Source: Leucoraja erinacea (Eukaryota). From it: a stretch of 64,000 bases of DNA. Made by a program: the position numbers and the translations under genes. How positions within the stretch are numbered: the stretch's first letter is position 1; each line of letters starts with the position of its first letter. This document shows, in pieces, positions 25,590-39,549 of this stretch. Location of the stretch: assembly GCF_028641065.1 (NCBI RefSeq), contig NC_073383.1:46190001-46254000 (forward strand), read 5' to 3'. The notes below the pieces were generated by a model. The model did no database searches. It saw only the letters and a program-made list of their open reading frames with translations, and had not been told where the DNA came from.

Positions 25590-26060
25590 CCTCTTGTGCA
25601 CCCTAAAGTAAGGCAATGTACCTCAATGACTACCATCCAGTGGCTCTTGACATCCACAATCGTGAAGTGCTTTGAGAGACTAGTACACATTAACCAGCCT
25701 CCCAAAAAGTTTGATCCACTGCAGTTTGCCTACCGTCACAACATCCACAGCAGGTGCCGCCTCCCTGGAACACATACAACAAGGATGCCTATGTCAGATA
25801 GAGGACGACACATCCTCCACAATAATTCTCAACACTGGCGTATCAGTCTCTTAGTATACTCCCTGTGCTGCATTCATGACCATGTATTCAGGTCTACCTC
25901 CGTCTACAAGTTTGCAGATGACACCAGTGCAGTGGGTCCAATTCCGAACTATGCCAAGATGGAGTACAGAAAAGATATTGCAAACTTAGTAACATGGTGT
26001 CAGAACAATCTCTCCCTCAATGTCAGCAAGTTGAAGTTGACTGTTATCAATTTGGAAAGC
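25590..26060 (+). mobile_element. Rex1-clade LINE RT fragment
   Basis: LTSTIVKCFERLV, DPLQFAYR, YKFADDT and WCQNNLSLNVSK motifs. Confidence 0.75.
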
Positions 26061-26762
26061 ATGGTATCAGCATCAGTAGTGCTGGTAGAGATGGGATTAA
26101 GATTGTGCAGTTGGGTTCAAGACTTTAATAGTTGAAGGGAGTAAGCTGTTCCCGAACCAGATAGTCTGTGACTTCAAGATTCTTTGCCTTCATGATAGAA
26201 TGGCTCGGATGGTAGGAGTTCCTTGTTGATGGAGTCCGAATAAAAGTCCTATCCAATATCCAACAGAGGAAAGGAGATGCAATAAAGTCAATGTCAGTGC
26301 TTTTTATTTTCGGTTAAACCACTTATCGTAGGTTTTCCTCATTGGTATGTATCCATTCTGTGTGTTCTGAAAGATTGCATTAAATGTTTGCTGTTGCATC
26401 TGGGCATATCAACTTTTTAAGCTAGTGTGCCAGCTTTGATATTTCATTTCCCAGCTGCCATCTTCTCATCAACTGAACTTTGTTGTTTGCCATTTTCTCT
26501 GATCTGTTGCGAATGGCTTCATGCTTCACCATTTTTAATTTTATCTTCTATTGACTTTCCCATTCATTCCATCTTGGTGTACCATGCAACATTTTATCTC
26601 TTTACACACACAATACTGTGGTGTATTGCCAATGATCGTGCACATCTGGCTTCTGGGTGTGCTTGTTAGAGTTTTAAAGTTATTTATAGTATGAAGTTTC
26701 TGAAAATGTGTGATTAAAGTTTCACTTTCTTCATAGATAACCGGAAGTGAGGATAGAAAAAG

Positions 26763-26813
26763 ATGCTGGGCTCTGACAGAGGGGTTGTGGAGGACTGGCT
26801 CTCCCAATTCAAG
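26763..26813 (+). CDS. HYCC2: HYCC2/FAM126B coding exon 1 (exon begins 26737)
   Basis: MLGSDRGVVEDWLSQFK|gtaagg; matches the FAM126B N-terminus. Confidence 0.93.
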
Positions 26814-27527
26814 GTAAGGTTACCCGATCCCACTTCAAAGTTTTTGCATTATGTCTTTGACTGGAAAGTTTTCCGAGGTGTTTTGGAAATATTTAGGGCG
26901 AATGGTTCCTAGAATCTATGATGCCATCAATTAGACAAAGCTAAGTACCAAAGTTTATTCACTGATGGGTGAATGGGGTACCTTGTTCTATGAAAGATGC
27001 GTTTTTCCTTCAGCCACTTAGTGGAGTGGTATACTTTCTGTTTGTTTATTCTCAGCTTTACTTGGTTAGACCTAATGTGCTGTAGTTTCTATGGTAAAAA
27101 AGATGCAAAGTGCTGGAGTAATTCAGCGGGTCAGGCAGCATCTTGAGTATATGGATAGATGAAGTTTTGAGTCGGGATCCTCCTTCAGACACTTGTACAT
27201 TATGTTATTTCTGAGGGTCTGTCCTTGGAATGCTGGCAGTTTGACGCTACAACTGAATCGATCTTGATATTTGATGGGATTGTTTTGCGTTGCCATTGGC
27301 TTTCAAGTGTTGCAGCTGAGGCTAGCAGTAATTCGGTCTGTTATCTTGTTGGATGGTGATTATACTGAAGATATGATAACGGACAACAGTTCTAATTTTG
27401 ACTCTGGAAGTACTGAGCTTCACAAAAACATACATTAATCCTCTACCAAGGACAAAAACTGTGATGGTAATGATGCTCACCTTTTTCTTTTTTTCACTTT
27501 GACTGTATCTATTTATAATCCTTTTGA

Positions 27528-27653
<126 letters not shown>

Positions 27654-27781
27654 TAGTGATGTAGACTGGGGGTGGTTTGATTGGAAGGGAAAGAAGCAAG
27701 ATTGGCTAATGGCGGAGAACTGGTGAGGCCTAGAATGATGTGGTTGTTTGTACTTTCTATCTCTCTTTGCTCTGTTTGTAG

Positions 27782-28057
<276 letters not shown>

Positions 28058-28251
28058 TGAGTTAATATGCAGATGGCTGGATTTGCAGTTGCTGTGTGTG
28101 TCTGTGCCCACCTACTGTCAGGCCTGGTAACAGTGGACCTAGAATATATGCATTTTATTCAATAATACAAGGTAAAACCGATCACCACATCCCTATAGTA
28201 TTTGAATTGCAATTATATCATTGCATGAAACATTGTGCTGTACTTACAATA

Positions 28252-28860
28252 AACATAGAAACATAGAAATTAGGTGCAGGAGTAGGCCATTCGGCCCTTC
28301 GAGCCAGCACCGCCATTCAATATGATCATGGCTGATCATCCAACTCAGTATCCCGTACCTGCCTTTTCTCCATACCCCCTGATCCCCTTGGCCACAAGGG
28401 CCACATCTAACTCCCTCTTAAATATAGCCAATGAACTGGTCTCAACTACCCTCTGTGGCAGAGAGTTCAGAGATTCAACACTCTCTGTGTGAAAAAAGTT
28501 CATCTGCTTTTAAAGGATTTCCCCCTTATCCTTAAGCTGTGACCCCTTGTCCTGGACTTCCCTTCGGGAACAATCTTCCTGCATCTAGCCTGTCCAACCC
28601 CTTAAGAATTTTGTAAGTTTCTATAAGATCCTCAATCTCCTAAATTCTAGAGAGTATAAACCAAGTCTATCCAGTCTTTCTTCATAAGACAGTCCTGACA
28701 TCCCAGGAATCAGTCTTGTGAACCGTCTCTGCACTCCCTCTATGGCAATAATGTCCTTCCTCAGATTTGGAGACCAAAATTGTACGCAATACTCCAGGTG
28801 TGGTCTCGCCAAGACCCTGTACAACTGCAGTAGTACCTCCCTGCTCCTATACTCAAATCT
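28252..28860 (-). mobile_element. Young CR1 LINE 3' fragment
   Basis: aacatagaaacatagaaa tail; [16 protein letters not shown] at 28621-28824. Confidence 0.92.
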
Positions 28861-29874
28861 TACAGTGAATATTTGTAAAGTTAATATTCACTGCTGACAA
28901 CATTATTATTATTACCATCTCATATTAATGTCACATCACCTCATGGGCACAGCCACTGTACAAATAGCTTGGTGTCTACGGAAATGAGACATAATTGGAA
29001 TTTGAGATTTTTGTGGGGTCAGCTTCACCTTCTATTGATCACGACTTGTGATGTTGCATAAGAATTTTTTTCACAATACAGGAGCTGGCTGTAAAATCAC
29101 AACATTGCAGTCTGCTGCACAATAGTAACACCATCAAATCAGTATGTTCTCAATCATCGGTCTTGCTACACTTTGTGACAAAGTTATAAACCTCATTCTT
29201 TAGGATCTTCAAAATCTTACATCCATGGTTGCATCACCCTTGTGGCTATCACTCAATGGAAATACATCCATTATTAGTTGTGAATAATTTCTTCAAATGT
29301 TTGCAAAAGCATGACTCATCATATGTTGACTACCTCGTGTCTCAGATTTATTTTTGCCAATCATCTCTCTTATCTGCCTACTTTGCATTGTTCAAATTTA
29401 AGGCACTAATTTCATTCTTAACTAATACGCTTTCAATTCCATTCAGTAATGATCAACATTAGTTTGCCAAAATAGGTCAAATGTAATTATTGAGAAGCCA
29501 CTTAAAGGATGTGGTTGTTTGCTATGCGTTCTTCTGGCCCATGTCCTGTCAGAGATTAGGGAATTAGAAATAAATGTGGTTGTGTGATGTTTAGCTTCTG
29601 CTCAGCAGTTGTGAGCCAGTTTCAGCAGATCAGATTGTAGATCATTAAGTGGTGGAAGCTGCTCTGACGTACCTTCCACTTAACCAGCCTGCGTACACTG
29701 GCAACAAAGATTAGCTTTGGACAAGTATAGGCAGAATCTATTCTTCCCAATGTAATGCATCATGGCAAATAGAGTAACCGCTTGTTCAACAACCGACACA
29801 AGACCCCAGTTGTCATTTCAACCTTGTGTTCATTATAACCCTCCACCCAATTATACAAAGGGATTTGCAATTAA

Positions 29875-30055
29875 ATAGTAGAAACAAGGAACTGCAGATG
29901 CTGGTTTACCAAGGAAAGATACAAAATGCTGGAGTAACCTGGCGAGTCAGGCAGCATCACTTGATAACATGGATCGGTGATGTTTCAATATCACCTATCC
30001 ATGTTCTCCAGCTATGCTGCCTGCCCCCTGAGTTACTCCAGCATTTTATGTCTTG
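29875..30055. mobile_element. Penelope-derived fold-back element
   Basis: acaaaatgctggagtaac..gttactccagcattttatgt inverted arms. Confidence 0.65.
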
Positions 30056-31014
30056 CATTTCAATAATGCCTTTCACAATTCCAGAGCAAGCAAACATTTT
30101 ATAGCCAAGTATGTATTTGTATGGTGTCTCCACTATTGTAGGGGGAATATGGTGAACAATCTATGCTCGGTGTGATCAACAAAATAATTAACCTGTTCTA
30201 TCTTGGCAACAACCAATTAAACATTGACCACGAAAGAGGAGGTAAGCCTTGGTTTTAAGATGAATTCTTTTTAAAAAAAACGTGCAGCATTCTCTTGACA
30301 CTGGCCTGACGTGAAGGCTGGGTCGTGCGTAGCTCCAAGGCTGGTATTAGACCTGGATCTCTCTGACTGGAGTCGTATGTGTGATCAGGACAGTGAATAT
30401 AATACATTAAAAGAAATGTGCTGATTTAGGGTTATAAGAAACTATTCTTCACCTCCAAGCTTTAGGGGCTAATTTCAATTTTATAAACTTGGATAAGAAT
30501 TTGAAAAGAGAAGACACAAGTTCAGCATTACTTTACTTTCTCCAACATCATCAAACACCATCTCATATTGGTCGTTATCTTGGCACTAATACTTTGACCA
30601 TTTGCCAGGCAGCTGCATCAGTCGCTGGGTGAAATCGTAGATCAGCCTGTACCCAGAACTGGTGTCGCATGTAGTGTTTCTTTCCCTAGTTAAATTAGTC
30701 ATGATGTTCTTGGGTAAAACCTCTGAAGTAGTGCAAGTGTAGAAGTTGTAATAGGAACCTGACCAACAACTCTTCGGCTTGCCCAGTATGATCAAAAGCA
30801 CAAACTGTCCAGCTTGTGATGTTGTCACACACTAGCTTGTGGCTGTAGTGCTGTTTGTGTCCAACCAGCATCAACTTTCATTGTCTTCTTCATGTAATAA
30901 GTTTTCACATTGAAATGGTGTTAATAATAATTGTCTGTTCTTCACTTTTGCATTTTCTCAACCGTACATTTATTTCTGTCATTCTCATTCTTTCCTTTAA
31001 CTCCCTTTAGGTCA

Positions 31015-31178
31015 TGTGGAGGAAGGAACTGCAGATGCTGGTTTAAACTGAAGATAGACACAAAAAGCTGGAGTAACTCAGTCTGAAGAAGGGTCTCTGC
31101 CGGAAAAGTTACCCATTCCTTCTCTCCAGAGATGTTGCCTGTCCCATTGAGTTACTCCAGTTTTTGGTGTCTATCTTC
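31015..31178. mobile_element. Penelope-derived fold-back element with degenerate hammerhead (~31083)
   Basis: aagatagacacaaaaagctggagtaactca / tgagttactccagtttttggtgtctatctt arms with central CTGAAGAAGGG. Confidence 0.7.
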
Positions 31179-31504
31179 CCTTTATGTCATTCTCTTTGCA
31201 TTATCAGTTCTGTGTGTGGTTTTCTGTTGCGTTGGGCTGGGTTTTAGGAGGAGGGGAGTCGATTTGGAGGGGGAGGGTTTCTTACTAAGTCTTGGAGCTG
31301 GGCTTGGGTTTTGGGAATGATGTGTCATTGGTCTCAATTTTGGACCTTCATTGTTGGGTTGAATTTATTGTGGATGTGACAGGCGTGATTAAACTTATAG
31401 ATTGGATTTAGGGCCGATTGTTCTGTTGTTAGTCATTATAATCCATGTCAAACCCACTTTTATTTGATAATTATATTAAATTGAATAGCTTTAGTATGAA
31501 ATAG

Positions 31505-31732
<228 letters not shown>

Positions 31733-32479
31733 TGAAACAACCCTTCTTGTGTGGACCACAAGGTCTGATTTGCTCAGCATGCACATTGCTGTACTTCTAT
31801 TAGGATGGCATTTTGCACATAATGGTCGGTCCCAACAAGCATCAATGAGAATACGCATGTATTGTGATGCATCTCTGTCCAGTGATCCCAGATAGGAAGT
31901 CCATACATTACTTAAGTTTCAGGGCACCTCTGGTTGCTTCCAGTAGAAATCCTGCCCTCACTTGCTATCTGATTGTCTGGAGAGTTGCTGGCTCCTGTGT
32001 GGATATACTTTGCCTAAGTGAGAACTTTCAGGAGTTTGATGGGTGTGGCTGGGAGGATGAATAAGATTAATTCATCAGTGTCCTGATGGAAGAAATGTGG
32101 GTAGAGAAGGTCACTTAGCTCCCTGATGTTTTCACAATCCAATGAGATTGTGGCTGACCTGCACCTGGCACCATGTACCATTCTACCTGGTGCCTCAGAC
32201 ATTTTAGTTCTCTAGTAAGAACATTACAATATTTGATTAAATAATTTACTCAACACCTTGTAAGATTTTCTTTACCCATAGCAATCTCCAACTGTGCATT
32301 CGACCCGAGCACAATGCACTTGCCCTTTAGAAATGAGTGTCTTTCACACTTCAGGATGTCCCTGCACCGAAAGTATTTCATTACTTTCGGCTACTAATGT
32401 AAATCTAGATGGTGGTGCAGAATAGCTTCAAGGGTATAATTCACGTGTGTGAATGGAAGGAGATAGCATATGGACTATG

Positions 32480-33010
32480 ATATGGAAAAAATCTACGGTC
32501 AAAAGGGGAAGACATATTGAAAAGTGTTGATATCCAGAATGACCTGCAGTGTCTTTAAACGTGAATTGCAGCATGACAACATGCAAGTAGATCAAGCTAT
32601 CAGAAAGACGAGCAGTGCGTTGGTCATTAATACACGAGGATTTGAGTACAAGAGATCTCTTGTTTCATTTTTATAGTGTGCGGGTGAGACTGCATCTGGA
32701 AAATAATGTACTGATCTGGTTTCTCCACTGAAGGAAGGATATACTTGTGAGAGAAGAGTGCAGTAAAGGGCCTCCAGATTGATTGCTGAGATGGTGGGTT
32801 TGTCATTGGAGGCGAAATTAAGCAAACTCTGCCTATACTCTTGGGTTTAGAAGAATGCAAGATTATCTGTTAATGCATAAAAAACCTCTTGAGGGATTAT
32901 GTGAAGTTAGGGTTTTGCCTGAAGAGGCACCCACAACCAGGACCACACCCTCCAATTAAAAGGGTTGGTGATTTGGCACTGAGATAAGGAACAGGTGATC
33001 CGCAGGGGAC
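32480..33010 (+). mobile_element. Old CR1 fragment
   Basis: Decayed RT C-terminal sequence (gaggatttgagtacaaga, ctatactcttgggtttagaagaatg). Confidence 0.55.
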
Positions 33011-33347
33011 ATAGCAGATCAGTTGCTGTGGATTTTCAAGACCATTGGATTTCTGCTGATAATCTGCTTCTGATCAAGTTTAGATATATAAATCACATCT
33101 AATATATCTTTATAAAAAAACTTGATATCTGTAGAGCTGTTGCATTCTCGGGCCTTGGCTAAGAAGTTGTGGGCTGGTTTGCTCCAGACATTTGAGCACA
33201 ATAGTGAATGCTAAGACTTCAGTGCAATACTGAATGGGTGGTGGACCATTTCAGATGAGATATTATCGTGCAGATAGTAGATTCCATAGCCTTGTTTTGA
33301 AGAGGAACAGTAGATTCTTAATTTAGCATCCAATTCAGAACAGGTAA

Positions 33348-33846
33348 GTCATAGAGTTATAGTGTGGAAATAGGCCATTCAGCCCAAATTGTCCACCCAG
33401 CTACACTAGTCCCACCTGCTTGCGTTTGATCCATATCCCTCCAAACCTGTCCTATCCATGTACCTGTCTAACTATTTCTTAAATGTTGGGATAGTCCCTG
33501 CCTCAACTTCCTCCTCTGGCAGCTTGTTCCATACATCCACCACCCTTTGTGTGAAAAAGTTACCCTCAGATTCCTATTAAATCTTTTCCCCTTCACCTTA
33601 AACCTATGTCCTCTGATCCTCAATTCACCTACTCTGGGCAAGAGACACTGTGCATGTACCCGATCTATTCCTCTTGTGTTCTTATACACTTCTATAAGAT
33701 GACCCCTCATGCTCCTGCACTCCAAGGAACAGAACAGAGTCCCTCTCCCTAAAGCTCAGACCCTCTAGTTCTGGCAGCATCCTCATACATCCTTCCAGCT
33801 TGGCAATATCTTTCCTATAACATGGTGCATAGAACTGAACACAATA
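33348..33846 (-). mobile_element. CR1 LINE 3' fragment (second subfamily)
   Basis: ORF 33468-33725 MRGHLIEVYK..RGHRFKVKGKRF. Confidence 0.8.
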
Positions 33847-34029
33847 TGTGTGGAAACATTTTTCGGCATTCCTCGTGGCTTTTGCTGATGTACTTTTATT
33901 GGATTTAAGTTTTTAGTAACATTCCTACCCTAAAATACATGCAGTGAATTAAAGACTTGGATTTCAGCAATGCTACATTATCAAACAGCCCTTCATATTT
34001 TTGGTATTAGAATCAAGCAGTTCCTGTAG

Positions 34030-34700
34030 ATTTAAGATAGACACAGAATGCTGCAGTAATTCAGTGGGCCAGGAAGCATCTCTGGAGCGAAGGAATGGCT
34101 GGTATTTCGGGTTGAGACCCTTTTTCAGACTAGACGGGAAAGGGAAACGGGAGATATAGACAGTGATGTAGAGAGATAAGAACAAATGAATGAAAGATGT
34201 GCAAAAAAAGTAGTGATGATAAAGGAAACAGGCTATTGTGAGCTGTTTGCTAGGTGCGAACGGGAACCTGACATGACTTTTGTGGGGGAGTGATGGAGAG
34301 AGAGGGGACAGGGGTTACTTGAAGTTGGAGAAATCAGTATTCCTACCACTGGGTTGTAAGCTGCCCAAGCGAAATATGAGATGCTGTTCCTCCAATTTGC
34401 GATTAGCCTCACTCTGACGATGGAGGAGGCATAGGACATAGAAACATAGAAAATAGGTGCAGGAGTAGGCCATTCGGCCCTTCGAGCCTGCACCGCCATT
34501 CAATATGATCATGGCTGATCATCCAACTCAGTATCCTGTACCTGCCTTCTCTCCATACCCCCTGATCCTTTTAGCCACAAGGGCCACATCTAACTCCCTC
34601 TTAAATATAGCCAATGAACTGGCCTCAACTACCTTCTGCAGAAAGGTCAGTGTGGGTATGGGAAGGGGAATTAAAGTGTTTGGCAACTGGAAGATTTGTG
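34030..34700 (-). mobile_element. Penelope-like element 3' end (GIY-YIG C-terminus, 3' UTR, hammerhead tail) interrupted by a CR1
   Basis: RQSEANRKLEEQHLIFRLGSLQPSGRNTDFSNFK in ORF 34315-34512, followed on minus by a pyrimidine-rich UTR and gtctgaaaaagggtctcaacccgaaa. Confidence 0.8.
34436..34640 (-). mobile_element. Young CR1 3' end nested in the Penelope-like element
   Basis: Nearly identical to the 4086-4385 and 28252 copies; Penelope sequence resumes at agaaaggtcag. Confidence 0.9.
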
Positions 34701-35320
34701 AGATATTGTACTGGGTCAAGAAATCACATTGCCTCATATGCAATTAGTGCATTTTAGTTCAAAGGCACCTTGGAATTTATTTGTTTGTTGAATCCATTGC
34801 TTTTATAACAAACACATCCATTAACTGGGCATAACATTTATCTACCCAATGTATCAATGATTGGGGACACTTAACAGAGACCTGCACAGTGACCACTGCT
34901 GGGAGGAAGCTCTAACTGGTGAAAAAACATTCCTTGTCCTTGGTTTCATTCAATAATTGCAAGTCACTCCCCTCGATAAGCAGAAGATAAAGGCTATAAG
35001 ATTACATGAGTATCACACATTATCTTTTTAGCTGAGGAGACCAGCATATGTTGCATGAATGGCTCTATAACCTTGACAGTTGCTCAGCACATTTTGGTTT
35101 CATTCAGCATGCATGACTCTGGCTGATTTACCCTGACAGTGTGGTTGTCAGACAGATAATGCTGTCTTTTTGCTGTGTTATCCTGCAGGGTTAGAATGTA
35201 ACGGAGCTTGGAACATTGGCACAATGAACACGAACATAACCATTTATTTTATTGTTTATAATACAGTTTATTATAAGAGTTAATCTCCAAATAGGCATGA
35301 TTCCAACTGTGTAATCTCCT

Positions 35321-35526
35321 TGTATAGGAAAGAATTGCAGATACTGGTTTAAATCAAAGGTAGACACAAATGCTGGACAGGCAGCATCTCTGGAGAGAAG
35401 GAATGGGTGGCGTTTCGGGTCTGTCTTCAAGTCTGAAGAAGGGTCTCGATCTGAAACGTCACCCATTCCTTCTCTCCAGAGATGCTGCCTGTCCCGCTGA
35501 GTTACTCCAGCATTATGTGTCTACCT
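35321..35526. mobile_element. Penelope-derived fold-back element
   Basis: gacaggcagcatctctggagagaaggaatgggtg and its exact reverse complement flank a hammerhead motif. Confidence 0.8.
35431..35463 (+). ncRNA. Minimal type I hammerhead ribozyme motif
   Basis: gt-CTGAAGA-A-GGGT(CTCG)ATCT-GAAAC-GTC-acc: conserved core, stem II, ACGT palindrome in place of stem III, GUC cleavage triplet. Confidence 0.65.
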
Positions 35527-36424
35527 GTGCAATCTCCTTTCCTAGTTAAGGAAATGCCTTCCTGTTTTTTTCCTTTTCCCACATCAAATGCCTATCGGCC
35601 AATTCCTTAGCACTTTTGGGTCCTCTGTCTTCTTGCCCTGGTGTTCCTTGGAATCTTCTCTCCACTTGTACTTGTAATACTTTGCTAAGGATGTATTCCC
35701 GATCTTCTAATCTACCTTGTTGCAGCCCTTGCAATTTCTTTCACTTAATCTGCACTTTCTCGGTAGTTCTAACACTACATTCCTATGTAGTTATAACACC
35801 CTATTTCCTTTCCCTTTTTGCATTAGCTGTTGTCTTCGTGTATGGTATGATCTATCTGCACAGTAGCTCACAAACAAGTTTTTTTATTTTTTTTATTTAC
35901 TGTATCTCAGTGCACATGACAATGATATACCATGATAATTGCAAGCCACACCCCTCGAAAAGCAGAAGAAAAAGGCTTTAAGATTACATGAGTATCACAC
36001 AATATCTTTTTAGCTGAGGAGACCAGCATACGTTGCATGAATGGCTCAATGGAGAAATGAATGGCACTTGTAAGAGTGTGACACTCCTTTACTACCAAAT
36101 TAGAGAATTTACTGTAATGAGAGTCATTATGAGATCAACTCTCTGGTGTAAACTTGTGACTCTGGGGGAAGGGGAAAGTCCGTCTTTGTCAGAGTTGGAA
36201 CACTGGCATGATAGAAAGCCAGTTTGAAGTTTTAAATGTTTGGGGATGTGGGCTCTACACATCTGGGTTTGATGCGAGTGGGTGGTTTGCTTGAGAATCT
36301 CGGAGGACAACTGTACCAGATGTAACTTGTCAAGATGCCATCTCTAAAAGACGGCAATAAACTACTTAGACTTTTTTTTACAACAATTCAATAAAGTTGC
36401 CAGGTTTTAAATTTACAGAATTAG

Positions 36425-36742
<318 letters not shown>

Positions 36743-36994
36743 TAGTAGCTGTTTAGTACAGCCCTATTCCACGTGCCATCATGCATTGCAAGTGACCTTA
36801 GTTGCTTCTCCTATCCCTCACGCAATCCTTCATCGCATCCTCCAGACTGCCTGTTACTCAAGTTCCACATGCTATTCAATTTCAGCCTTCCCCTCCATTT
36901 GCTGCTCAGACTATGCCCCACTTACTGCTCACAATAAATGCTATCATTAATTATCTAAATACACCACACAATTCTTGCTCAATAAAATTAAATA

Positions 36995-38010
36995 TTGAAC
37001 AGATCAGCACAGGAACAGGAGCTTTGTCCTACAATGATACTAAGTTAATCTCTGCCTGCATATGATCCATATCCCTCCATTCCCTGCATATCCACATGCC
37101 TCTAAAAATGTCTTAATATCACTATCCTATCTGCCTCTACCACCACCCCTAACAGCTACCACCACCCAGAGCAGCGTGTTCCAGGCACCCACCACTCTGT
37201 TTCTAAAAATAAAACCTGCTCCACACATCTTTAAACTCCCCCCCCCCCCCTCCCCCTCTCACCTTAAAGTTATGTCTTCCTATCTTTGACATTTGCACCC
37301 TGGAGAAAAGGGTTCTGACTGTCTACTCTATCTGTGTGTCTCTCATCATTTATATACTTCTATCTGTTCTCCATAGGCCTATGAAGCGGCAGAAAAAATT
37401 ATCCAAGTTTTTCCAATTTCACTGTATAGCTAATACCCTCTAATCCAGGCAACATTCTGGTAAATCTCTTCTGCATCCTCTTCAAAGCCTCTGTATCCTT
37501 CCTGTAATGAGGCAACCAGGACTGCATACAATACTCCAAATGTTGTCTAAGCAAAGGTTTAGAAAACTGCAACACGATTTTCTGATTCTTATACTAAATG
37601 CCTCAAGCAATGAAAATAGGCAGACCATACGCCTTCTTTTCCTCTTTATCTAGTTGTGCTGTTATTTTCAAGGCGCTTTGGACTTGGACCTCAAGATCCC
37701 TGCAAAGTCATCTACATTTACTTCTGTTGTTTGCACATTATCACAAACAGATCCTACCACCGATCTCCACCAAACATCAATTGGTCCCAGACCTCCAGCT
37801 GAAATAACATAATTCCACCACTACCCTCTGTTCTATTAGTAAGCCAGTTCTGAATCCAAATTACCAAGTCACCCTGGATCTCCCACATCTCTTATCTCCT
37901 GGATCATCCTGCCATACGGAACTTTATGAAATGCCTTACCATGTTCTATGTAGACAACATCCATTGCTCAACCCTCATTAATCACTTTCATCATCTGCTC
38001 AATAAATCTC
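36995..38010 (-). mobile_element. Old CR1 LINE fragments
   Basis: Reverse-strand CR1 3' end (gaacagatcagcacaggaacagg) and RT remnants (caggactgcatacaatactccaaatg). Confidence 0.65.
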
Positions 38011-39046
38011 AATCAAAGTGTCAGGTAGGAACTGACACTGGATGTTTAATACCTCATAGTAGTGAGTTCCACAAGTTAAACCAGTGGGCCCTAGATAGGT
38101 GCAAGAAGTCTGTATGTTTAGTATGGGAGAGGATGTGCACCTGCTGTGATGGAAGGTACACTTTTCTTGAAGTGGTGAAATGTGTTGAAGGTGGAGGGGA
38201 GCTACTTTGTTTTAATATATTGCATTAGCCACTTCATACTGTTTGTGAGGGGAGCATTGTGTAGGAGACCCAGTGCAATGCAATACAATGCAAGCTTTTT
38301 TTATTCAGTGTATACCACTTTGCTTGACAAGGGCAAAGATTCTTAATTGGTGTTTGGGAGAGCCACTTTTTATTTGGTTGGCCATATTGACTCGAGTTCA
38401 TTTGTTCGAATTCTTTATCAAACGTGCTTCACGAGAGGGAGAATTATTGCGGGGGGAGATAATGAATGAAAGGTGGAAAGTGGAGAGAAGTTTGTGCCGA
38501 GTGTAACTCGACTATCTCCATTAGAACTGATAAAGTGGTGAGTTATTGTTATTGTTATTTTTGTTTTATTTTGAACATAGAATTTCATCAGTAGACTTGG
38601 AGCCCATTCACACTTTCCACTGTAGTTCCTTCGGGACATGCCTCTTAATGTTTGAAAGGAAAACAATCTGCAGGCTAATAAACGAATGAACAGGCTAATA
38701 TTGTTATAGTCACTGAAAGTGTGGGTGTGTGGCATTTCCTAAATCCTCTTTTAATGTTCACAGAGCAATGGGCCGTTTTAAAACATGTATGTTATTATTT
38801 ACTTGATTGAGCCCACCAGCCACACTCGCCACAGATAGCTGGTTGTCCTGCACTGGAGCTGGTTTGGCTGCACAGGGCCCAACCTGCTGACTACCAAGAC
38901 ATTTTAAACTCAGGCTAGCATGGTAGAGGTGCTGGTGTGCACTCTGGATACAACAAAGGATATCATGCACCTTAACTGCTGATGGCTTTTCCAAGGCAAA
39001 TGTCTAAAGATACATGGTCAGATTCGTAAGTGTTGTATAATTGGTT

Positions 39047-39285
39047 GTACACAAAATAGCTGGAGAAACTCAGCGGGTGCAGCAGCACATATATGGAGCG
39101 AAGGAAATAGGCAACACAAAATTTCGGGCCGAAACCTTCCTCACTGTGGTCTGAAGAAGGGTTTCGGCCCGAAACGTTTTGCCTATTTCCTTCGACGGCT
39201 CCATAGATGCTGCTGCACCCGCTGAGTTTCTCCAGCTATTATGTGTACCTTCGATTTTACAGCATCTGCAGTTCCTTCTTGAACA
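39047..39285. mobile_element. Penelope-derived fold-back element, second subfamily, with hammerhead at 39151-39178
   Basis: Arms agctggagaaactcagcgggtgcagcagca / tgctgctgcacccgctgagtttctccagct; core CTGAAGA-A-GGGT(TTCG)GCCC-GAAAC-GTT. Confidence 0.8.
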
Positions 39286-39399
39286 CTTTGTATAATTGGT
39301 TATTGGGAATAGTGAGGAATTGGCATTGCTTGAAGAGTGAGACAAGATTCAGGAACACTCTGAGTTTATAAATGCAAACGATTTGCATTTCTGGCCTAA

Positions 39400-39549
<150 letters not shown>

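Larger units (their letters stand above)
34953..36047. repeat. 113-bp direct repeat pair (34953-35065 and 35935-36047)
   Basis: Manual alignment: same length, about 7 mismatches. Confidence 0.85.

Noticed and set aside
34953-35065. The duplicated 113-mer as an intronic snoRNA
   Set aside because: No convincing C/D boxes or H/ACA double hairpin; kept only as an unexplained duplication
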